Assembly: GCA_046761065.1 (NCBI GenBank)
Contig: JBHIFL010000026.1
Coordinates: forward strand, 1 to 48,531
Length of the DNA stretch: 48,531 nucleotides
Direction of reading: 5' to 3'
Source of the DNA: Candidatus Heimdallarchaeota archaeon
GTDB lineage: Archaea; Asgardarchaeota; Wukongarchaeia; Wukongarchaeales; JBHIFL01
Both the position numbers and the translations under genes were made by a program. The notes under the pieces are model-generated. The model was given only the letters and a program-made list of their open reading frames with translations, ran no database searches and was not told where the DNA came from. Shown in pieces: positions 40,669 to 48,531 of this stretch. The first letter of the stretch is position 1. Every line of letters starts with the position of its first letter.

Positions 40669-42381
40669 ATGAATGCGCCACCAACCCCTAACATGCTCAT
40701 CTCAGAACTAAAAAAACAAGTTTTCCAACTGACCACAAAAGAGTGGTCACCAGATGTGGATTCGAAGACATTCCTAGAAATAACAAAGGCATTCCAGTGT
40801 CTCGTTAAAAAACTAGGTATTGATGAAGATACATACTATGCTAAATACTATGACAACATTGAGCTTCACTCGTTCATCAAACATTACTTCCGTCATGAGA
40901 ACTGGAAAGTTCGGGTTTGTGGCCTCATTTTTTGGGATGTGTTCACGCTAGCCCAAGATGAAGATCCGCTTTGGGCGCTGCTTGACGACCCCGAAATCCG
41001 AACGGTGGAGTATCTCCTTCGACTCACCAAGGAGTGGGAATTCGATTTGGAGATGCACCGGGATGCCAGTCAATGGAAGTATGCATTCAGAAATGAACTG
41101 GGTTGGCTAACAGATGAAACCCTTCGATCTCTCAATTTGAGTCTTCTCCTGCAACGTTTGCCCGAGATTAACTCAGAAGTTCGATTAAGTTATTTTGAAC
41201 GGGTTTTAACCATTATAGCTAGGCGTATTTACTTAGGAAACATGCCTCAACAACGATCAATGCTGCTGCAGTTAATTGAAACCGCTCTAGTGAAGGATTT
41301 CAAGCAAAAGGCAATTGAGGAAATGGAGTTGTGGGACCTATGGTATCCCAATCTACTCGAAGGGCTACTTGGCCTTTGGGTGAAGTCGCCTCATTCTGCA
41401 AACGATCTCGAATGGGGCGAAACGGCCCTCAAGCTTCTCGAGGGTCTTGACAGAGAAACTCACCTAACCCGCAGGGAACTTGATGAGGTCGTTGCAGTTC
41501 TTTCTAATGTTGGAAATGTCGCATTACTGCAACAGGTTCTGCCATTTTGGGGAAATGAAGATGATAACATCCACTATTATGCGGAACAATTATCTTGTGA
41601 TAACAACCTGCTTCCGCTTTGGGTTCAAGCGAATACCCGCCGTGCGTTTAATGTAACCCGCTGTATGGAGTACATTCCTCAGCTCCAGGGAGAGGTTCAA
41701 GCCAAATACGTCTGGTTCCTTATTGAGGTAATTGGAAACCTCCTAACCTTACAAAAAAGGAACAAGCAGCTAATACATCAGTTGGTGACTCTAATCAAAG
41801 ACCACCTGCTAGCCGATTCCGTCGTGCGGACACATACGAAAGAACACCCTGTTTGGTAAGTGTGGCTCGAAGGGTTGTTACACTTTTGGGTGGAACCTCC
41901 TCACCCACCAGACAGGCGGGAGTGGATGAATATTGTTTTCGGTCTGCACGATCTCCTCCGTGAGGGTGACCAATATGGATATGTGAACCATAACCTCATC
42001 TGTAAGATTAGACGTTGGAGACGGGTCTACCAAGTGATTGATTCCCTTGAAGAGGCCAAAAAATGTTATAAGAGCGGATCCTACTCACAAACCATCGAAA
42101 TTTGCGACCAAACGATCCAGCAACTCCTCATGACTATGCTAGAGTTCGTTGGCATTGATATGGAACATGAGACGAATCAACTTCCAATTGTGCTATCAAC
42201 ATTACATGAACACCGAATCCGTGTGCAAGGTGAACAGGAGTTGAGGTGGCTTCGGAGCCTCCTAAATCGCATCCGCCATGATCAAAAACGCCCCTCCCAG
42301 TGGGAAGCGGAGCAGGCCCTCCACGTAGCTCAACAATTTTCTCAGGAAGTGACCGACTTGCTCGGGCGCCGTTCCGAGTAG
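40669..42381 (+). pseudogene. Helical (HEAT-like) repeat protein with C-terminal HEPN-like domain, in-frame TAA
   Basis: ORFs abut in frame at TAA 41857-41859. An internal repeat (WYPNLLEGLLGLWVKSPH / W*VWLEGLLHFWVEPPH) spans the stop. C-terminus reads LEEAKKCY...LLNRIRH...EAEQAL. Confidence 0.7.
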
Positions 42382-42722
42382 GGGATGAGTCCCTGAAACG
42401 CGGATTTGTGCTCTGTGCTACAGCGATCCATATCAAAGCATGAAACAGGGCTTTTTTACCCGGGTGTTACAACGGTCACAAATTCATCAAAATGAGGGAA
42501 GGCGTCTTCGATATCTAAAACCATCGGTGAATAGATATCTTACATGCCAATCACTTATTCTGACTGACTACTACAATTTATATTTAATTAAGAATAACAA
42601 TGTGTCTATGATATTTTCGATCTGACCCACCCCGCCCAGTTATTCGAAAAATATGTGAACACACGAAACCCTAAACTTAAGTCGCTTCACTCAATATGTT
42701 GTTATATCGTTGGTTCTGAAGA

Positions 42723-43703
42723 TTGTTAAAGAAGGAATTTCCTATGCAGACCCGAATGTATCCTTGGGTCCTATTAATTTTATTCATCTTCTTGCTAAGC
42801 GATTCCTTACCAATTGACGCCCCTTTAAATCGAGTGAATGATGATCCTACTTACGAAATTGAAGAACAATGGGATGGACCTGCCAAAGGCACCATCACTA
42901 TCGCCTACGGAAAAGGATACGGTGTGGTCTGTCGAGATATCCAGACTGGGGGGAAAATTTATTTTGCAGTCAATCCAAGTGGCTCCCTCACCATATACCT
43001 GTCGCATCTAAAGTACGGGTCATGGTACCGATGGGTATGGTGGGAACATGTGAATACCCCCTTCTACATCACTTGTACCGTAAAGGCGGGGACATGGGGC
43101 GTCCTTTTTGTAAATGTCCATGAGGATTCCGTGGTTCAATTACACTACGAAGTCGACTATTGGAAAGGAGATACGTCACTCCCACCCTATCGGTTTATTG
43201 TCCGTTCTCCGCGGTTTCAACTCTTCATGGGACACCTCATGTTTCTGATTTTTCTCGCCAGTGTCTGGGTTCTCACTGGCAAAAAACAGCAGGGACACTT
43301 TCATTTGGACTTTCACAAAGGCGATCAAACCCACGCCTATGAACGGATACGGGCCCAGTTCCTCTCCGATTTCCCAACAAGTACGATCATAAAGGAAGCT
43401 CCCCCCACGGACTTTCAGTATAACACTGGAGGGCTTGAGGGCAGCCTTACCATCTCTTCCCAGGAGGACGGAGGAAAAATAAAAGGCACCGTACAAAGAC
43501 CCAGTCGAAAAACGCATATCTACTTCTATATCGCCCTATACCTAGCTGGCGCGTTCTTCGCGGGATATGGCGTGAGCGGAGCCCTCTTGTACATCCTAGG
43601 CACCTTAATAATGGTCGAAGTTCCGCTGGCCTTTATCTATTCCCGAAGGATTCGTTCCACATGTAAAACCATGGCGAACAGTCTGAAGAAGGCACTCCTA
43701 TAA
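42723..43703 (+). CDS. Uncharacterised membrane protein: signal peptide, beta-sandwich ectodomain, TM, small soluble domain, 2 TM
   Basis: Hydrophobicity pattern and beta-rich GTWGVLFVN...LHYEV segment. ATG42744 is the likely start. Confidence 0.7.
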   Translation: MLKKEFPMQTRMYPWVLLILFIFLLSDSLPIDAPLNRVNDDPTYEIEEQWDGPAKGTITIAYGKGYGVVCRDIQTGGKIYFAVNPSGSLTIYLSHLKYGSWYRWVWWEHVNTPFYITCTVKAGTWGVLFVNVHEDSVVQLHYEVDYWKGDTSLPPYRFIVRSPRFQLFMGHLMFLIFLASVWVLTGKKQQGHFHLDFHKGDQTHAYERIRAQFLSDFPTSTIIKEAPPTDFQYNTGGLEGSLTISSQEDGGKIKGTVQRPSRKTHIYFYIALYLAGAFFAGYGVSGALLYILGTLIMVEVPLAFIYSRRIRSTCKTMANSLKKALL

Positions 43704-43908
43704 AGAGGTTAAGGTCAAACGTCACTCTTATCCTTCGAGAAGAGAAAACTAATTTTTCTCTCATACCTTCTCTCCTCAGATATGTTAGAAACCGCCCCTT
43801 TCTGCCCTTTTCATACAAAATCGAGTAGGCTTCGTTCAAAAAAGAGGGAGATCACCGACAAGGAATCTTCCTTTAAGAATTTACCTGTGGTAAATAACAA
43901 AGAGAGAT

Positions 43909-44739
43909 TTATTGTGCATAATCAAAGGCTGGATAAGAGTACAGGAGTAACCAAGCGAGATCCATACATAGGGAGGGGGCAATCCACCCAAGACGAGTTC
44001 GGAGGGATGCTTCACTGTACATACGGAACTGCGCAAGCGGGGCGCCACTCGCCGCATCAAACATCGCATGATCCACCCACTGATCTCCACCCTTGTGCTT
44101 GATCCCATGGGTGAACTCCACCTGCCGACCCACCCCGATTTTTCGAGCGAGGTCGAACCCATTGGGATCAATGCCCCGAAGGATTTTGTGATATACGGAC
44201 AGGCGCATGGCTATGCCACCAATCTTCACCCTTTGCCCACGATTGAGCTTCCCCAAGTTGATATCCAAGTTGATGCCTAAAGAGATAGGAAGTTGTCCCA
44301 CAAAATCCCCAATTCTCTGAAGGGTCACCGAATCTAATTCGTCACCTATCTTATAGAGAATCACACCAGGAAGTGTATCGAGAAGAACCTCCTCCAATAA
44401 TTCGGAGATTAAGGCACTGACGATCATTTGACGCAATGTTAGTCCCGCCGCGGCTTTTGCTGCTCCCATGGCTGCTGAAGCACCAGTTTGGAACACCAAT
44501 CTAGCTACAAGTCCCGCCGGAACTGCTATAGCCGCCATTAAAGCAAATGTTCCCACTACCCCTACAACCGTACCAATGAGTGTATCGATCGCTCGATTCC
44601 CCGTGCAATAAAGAGCGTTCATATCTTTCTGCCAAGGAGTCGCTGGGAAGAATGCATTATGGACCGCGGCAACGAGGGGCCCTATCCATTCACCAAAAAT
44701 ATAGATCCATTCTTTGCCCGTTGCCATTTTGAACTGCAT
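43909..44739 (-). pseudogene. Probable internal fragment of a larger protein with Gly/Ala-rich hydrophobic helices
   Basis: 276-aa open frame with no promoter space; overlaps the next fragment head-to-head. Confidence 0.45.
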
Positions 44740-45271
44740 CTACAAACTCTACAACTGTCCCGTGTTACCAATGGATTTCCTATTTTACTCGAGTGAAATT
44801 TTGCGGATCCTAAAGGATCTCCAGACGCAATTAGAAAAGATTTGGGCATATTACAACTTCAATCCTGTGATAGTTAGAGTTAAAGAGTTCAAAAAGCATG
44901 TTGAGGCGCTAGAAAATCTCATACAAGAGACGATGGCATCGTATGAGGCTAGAACTGACATAACAGCCTTCGAACCGATTTTCGAGGAACTGAACAAGTG
45001 CCTCATGTGGGTTTCCCGCCATGTCAATATTGTGACTCATTCGAACGCAACAAAGGCGGAGCAAATGTCGAGGGAACACTTTGGGCTCAAGCCATTCCCA
45101 CGCTTGCAGCCTATCCTAGAGTTAGCCAAAATGTCCTTACCTCATCACCCTGATTTCAAGTTCCTCGTAACAAAATTGATCCAACAACGGATCTTTGTAG
45201 AAGACAACTTTTACCTCGCCATAGAACAGATCCGGGACTCCCTTAAAAAAGTCAAAGCCGCACTCTCGTAG
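44714..45271 (+). pseudogene. C-terminal helical fragment resembling M28 peptidase/TfR-like dimerisation region
   Basis: Begins at LYNCPVLPMDF and continues with long amphipathic helices (ELNKCLMWVSR). No catalytic domain upstream. Confidence 0.5.
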
Positions 45272-45289
45272 GTTTGGGGCACCTTCATC

Positions 45290-46310
45290 CCGACAAAAAT
45301 GAAGGAATATCGCCATTCCATAAGTCTTCAAGTTGTACGATTTCAAAGAGCTGCCATTTGCGAATAAAGACCAACTTCATGGCGCATTTAACGTCAATAA
45401 ATCATCAATGAGATGAGAAAATAGATGTGCAAGCGCGTATCTAAGGCAAACCCTTAATTTATCTAGAAAAATGACGATATTTAAGATAGGTCAGAATCTC
45501 GTAAAAATATTTATCTCTTTAACGTATTCCCGCCAAATGAGCCTCCCGATATTAGCGCTATTATTTTGCAGCACCTCCATATCCCTGCGTGTGAGAAAAA
45601 CAGGCCGAAGGCGTGCCCGTTGTTCTCCCACTTGAAAATAATGGGGTATATGGGTAATAAAATCGAGCTGCGTGATCATTAATTTCATTGTAAAGTAGGT
45701 TTGTCTCTCGTTCCCAGTTAATATGAATTTGAGGGCGTTCCAAAACAGGAACCTCCTTTCCTTCTTGTAACAACCCATCTCGTCATAAAATCGCTTCAAA
45801 TGTATGATTTGATCTTCTTAAGTGTTCCAGTCTTGTTGGGGATTGAGTACGAATACTTGGGGATTTTTTATGTAATCTACTTTCCTTAAGAGCGGCATTA
45901 TCTTTTTTTCCCAGTCATCTCTCTCCTCAAAATCCATCCAATCGAGATTTCGTTCTTTACAGAGGGTTCGAATGAATTCGTGATTATAATAACTATGGCG
46001 CATCATGGCGTGAAAGCGCCGGTTCTGTTCTTTTCCAAGCCAATCTCGGTTAGCCCTTCTCAATTCATCAAATGTTAAATAGTTATTACCCATATCTAGC
46101 TGAACCTCCTCGAACAAGGGGTTATTAGTACTAAATTGACTAGAAAGAGAATAACTCGAGGTACTTACTAATCAATGAATTTTTTGGATTGCGATTCAAT
46201 ACACAACTATATGTAATTATCACCATTTCATAGAACCCGCCTCCCCAGTTATCCCCAAAATCCGACTACATTGATAGATTCATTTTCGGATGTATGAATT
46301 AAGACAGCAA
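45290..46310 (-). pseudogene. Heavily decayed gene of unknown family (boundaries approximate)
   Basis: 45818-46117 and 45491-45799 are in frame across TAA (WNT*EDQIIHLKRF). Protein-like text continues in shifted frames on both sides (GDNWGGGFYEMV...; KYFYEILTYLKYR...MKLVFIRKWQLF). Confidence 0.55.
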
Positions 46311-46640
46311 CTCAAATGGAAAAGTCTGTATTTATAAATCTTCAAGTTTCTCAGCCCGTTCGGAAAATTAGTAAAAGAAATTTAACATTATTGGATCCAT
46401 TGTGATTCTGAGTTTAGTTCTTTTAATTCTCCTTATTCCATCTCTGCCCCCCTATCAACCCTCCTCCGGTTCCAATCCTAGCCCTCCTCTCTTATGATTC
46501 CCTATCAACCATCACTCAGTCTTAGTCAAGGTACTGGTCCTACTCCTCCTTCCCTATAATTTGGGATTGTTTAGCAGAAAATTCTAATAAGATGAATTTA
46601 GTAATTTTGACATTCATACGTCTATGGATGGGGTATTGAT

Positions 46641-48227
46641 ATGACATTAATCAATGATGAAGAGTTACTCTATTCGGCGGAGGAATTACAGTTTAGACAA
46701 CAGGTTCGAGAATTCGTGGAAACTGAAATAAAACCCATTAAAGATATGATTGCTAACCAAACCTTTGAGTATCGTGAGCTTTTTAGAACGTTGGGGGATT
46801 CTGGGCTTACTGGCTTGTTAATTCCCAAGAAATATGGAGGATCTGGAAAACCCTTTATGTTTCAACTCATTGCGGGTGAAGAAATTTCCGCTGTGAGCCC
46901 AGCGGTAACAATGATGATGGGTTGTTCGTGTACCTTAAGCGCAATCCCCATTCTACGTTTTGGAAGCGAAGAACAGAAGCATAAATACCTAATTCCGGTA
47001 GCCAAGGGCGAAAAAATTGGTGCCATCGCAATAACCGAGCCTACCGTTGGCAGTGACACAGCCGGGATGAAAACCACAGCTGTATGGAATGAAGAAGAAA
47101 ACTGTTGGATCTTAAATGGCGAAAAACGTTATATTACAAATGGAAGCATTGCGGATCAAATCGTAGTTTTTGCCATAACAGACCCCAATGCGGAAAGTAA
47201 GAGTGGCATGTCAGCATTGATTGTTGAAACAGCATGGGAAGGATTTTCAGTTGTTCATGATTTTCAGCTCATGGGGCGGGAAGGCGCATACAATTCTCAC
47301 ATTAAATTTGAGAATATGAAAGTTCCAATAGAGAATCTCTTAGGGAAACTAAATCAAGGATTCCTTGTTTTAATGGATGAACTTGATTCTGAACGCATTA
47401 CAATTGCTGCAGAAGCCCTTGGCATCGCACGGACACCCTTCGAAATTGCTGTCGAGTATTCGCAAAGCAGAGTGCAATTTGGGCGTCCGATCTCTCGCTT
47501 TGAGGGAGTTTCCTTTAAAATCGCTGATATGGCTACAAAAATGCGTGCCGCGCGCTTATTAACGATCTCTGCAGGAAGAATGGTCGAAAAAAACCTTCCT
47601 TGTACCAAAGAAGCAACTATGGCTAAGCTCTTTGCGACAGAAGCTGCTGTAGACGTCTGTGATTTGGCGATCCAAATTGCGGGAGGTGCCGGCTACGTCA
47701 AAGATTATTTTCCACTTGAGCAGTTCTACAGAGATGCACGATTGGGGACGATTGGGGGCGGCACCTCGGAGATTATGCGGTTTTTAATCCAAAGAGAGAC
47801 TTATATCGAGCAGAAACGAGGGAAAACTAAGCAAAAAACCATCCCGGAAGTAGATACAATTGATTTTGATACATTAATGATGACAATCCCCCAGGGATTT
47901 CGTCCTGAACGTGCCAAAGACGTTATTGCAGAGATTCAGGTTGAATTCAGTGATGGTGATCCTTGGTTACTTACGATTAAGGATGAGAAATGCTCCATTG
48001 AGAAGACAAAGATCGAGAATCCAGTTATGACTCTAAAAACCGATAAAACGACTTGGAAGAATATCCTGTTCGGTGACGATGCAATGCAGGCAATGATGAC
48101 TGGGAAAATATCCATTGATACGGATGATATGGACCTATTGCTGAAATTTGCTCGTATGTTCAAATTTACTCCAGAACTGATTCATGAGATCCTATTCGAA
48201 TCAAGACCTCCACAATACAATTTGTAA
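46641..48227 (+). CDS. Acyl-CoA dehydrogenase fused to a C-terminal SCP2 (sterol carrier protein 2)-like domain
   Basis: AITEPTVGSD, LNGEKRYITNG, RVQFGRPI, QIAGGAGY and YRDAR..TIGGGTSE; then FRPERAKDV..IQ.EF...W.LTIKD..C...AMMTGKI. Confidence 0.9.
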   Translation: MTLINDEELLYSAEELQFRQQVREFVETEIKPIKDMIANQTFEYRELFRTLGDSGLTGLLIPKKYGGSGKPFMFQLIAGEEISAVSPAVTMMMGCSCTLSAIPILRFGSEEQKHKYLIPVAKGEKIGAIAITEPTVGSDTAGMKTTAVWNEEENCWILNGEKRYITNGSIADQIVVFAITDPNAESKSGMSALIVETAWEGFSVVHDFQLMGREGAYNSHIKFENMKVPIENLLGKLNQGFLVLMDELDSERITIAAEALGIARTPFEIAVEYSQSRVQFGRPISRFEGVSFKIADMATKMRAARLLTISAGRMVEKNLPCTKEATMAKLFATEAAVDVCDLAIQIAGGAGYVKDYFPLEQFYRDARLGTIGGGTSEIMRFLIQRETYIEQKRGKTKQKTIPEVDTIDFDTLMMTIPQGFRPERAKDVIAEIQVEFSDGDPWLLTIKDEKCSIEKTKIENPVMTLKTDKTTWKNILFGDDAMQAMMTGKISIDTDDMDLLLKFARMFKFTPELIHEILFESRPPQYNL

Positions 48228-48451
48228 TAGAAAAATCACAAGCTCGCTGAACAAGAGCTCGGATTAAAATAAAATCGTTGAAACTACTCAAGGAACAATG
48301 AAGATGACTAACTTGACTTTATCGAGTATATCATCGTCTTTCTAACAAATTCCACATGTTTCACAATAAATTGATCAACCAACACATTAAGTACAGAAAA
48401 ACAGATGAGAGGAAATATGTGATTTTTGAACAACATTGTAACTTGACAATG

Positions 48452-48531
48452 TTAAATTTCCGGGAAGGGCCTCACATCCTCTGCCGCCGCCTCGCCTCCC
48501 GTTGGGCCTTCACCCGACTCCGCATCGAGCG
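48452..48531 (-). other. GC-rich edge segment, probably the 3' end of a minus-strand gene continuing beyond the window
   Basis: Abrupt GC increase; two open minus frames (LDAESGEGPTGGEAAAEDVRPFPEI* or RSMRSRVKAQREARRRQRM*). Confidence 0.3.

Noticed and set aside
42380-42400. Hammerhead-like GATGAG...GAAAC
   Set aside because: Lacks the CUGANGA core and flanking stems; only a small GGGA-UGAG-UCCC hairpin.
262-48163. Numerous short ORFs antisense to or nested in assigned genes (e.g. 14017-14475, 19068-19502, 22222-22809, 27507-27968)
   Set aside because: They are shadow frames of well-supported genes and carry no motifs of their own.
1-48531. Genome-wide stop-codon reassignment (TAG, TAA or TGA)
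   Set aside because: All three codons end intact, closely packed genes (TAG: dppB, dppC, GGR; TAA: dppA, dppD; TGA: dppF, PhoU-RCK). The interrupted genes use all three stop types, and some also carry frameshifts.
1-48531. CRISPR array, tRNA or rRNA genes
   Set aside because: No regularly spaced direct repeats, cloverleaf with T-loop consensus, or rRNA-like segment seen by eye. tRNAscan-SE or Infernal would be needed to be certain.
48460-48531. SRP or RNase P RNA in the GC-rich end segment
   Set aside because: No conserved SRP or RNase P motifs in the visible part. Open minus-strand frames explain it equally well, and it is truncated by the window edge.

Overview
Chromosomal DNA of an anaerobic, heterotrophic archaeon; the lineage cannot be fixed from this window. 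Archaeal evidence: a geranylgeranyl reductase-family gene, archaeal lipobox-type (GCIG) solute-binding proteins, an ADP-forming acyl-CoA synthetase alpha subunit, TATA-like boxes and oligo-T terminators. The window is dominated by organic-matter scavenging genes: a complete Dpp/Opp peptide ABC operon, a BMP-type nucleoside ABC operon, two M29 aminopeptidases, an M24 peptidase, an MFS transporter, an OYE-type flavoenzyme, AroM, an SDR and an acyl-CoA dehydrogenase-SCP2 fusion. It also holds a PhoU/RCK_C plus split-MgtE cassette, three toxin-antitoxin modules and a decayed region at about 37.8-46.4 kb (esterase pseudogene, IS4-like remnant, helical-repeat-HEPN pseudogene, head-to-head gene fragments). 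I found no tRNA, rRNA or CRISPR array. Most notable observations: (1) two tandem peptidase-like duplications in which the second copy has lost a catalytic residue but keeps a full ORF; (2) a DppC with a two-helix insertion inside its conserved periplasmic motif, plus a small membrane protein coupled to the operon; (3) a 17-bp, strand-specific (G-U containing) RNA stem with a U8 tail inside the nucleoside ABC operon; (4) seven in-frame stops in six genes, which fit nonsense decay better than recoding. None of these proves a new system. All family calls are motif recognition by eye, with no database search.
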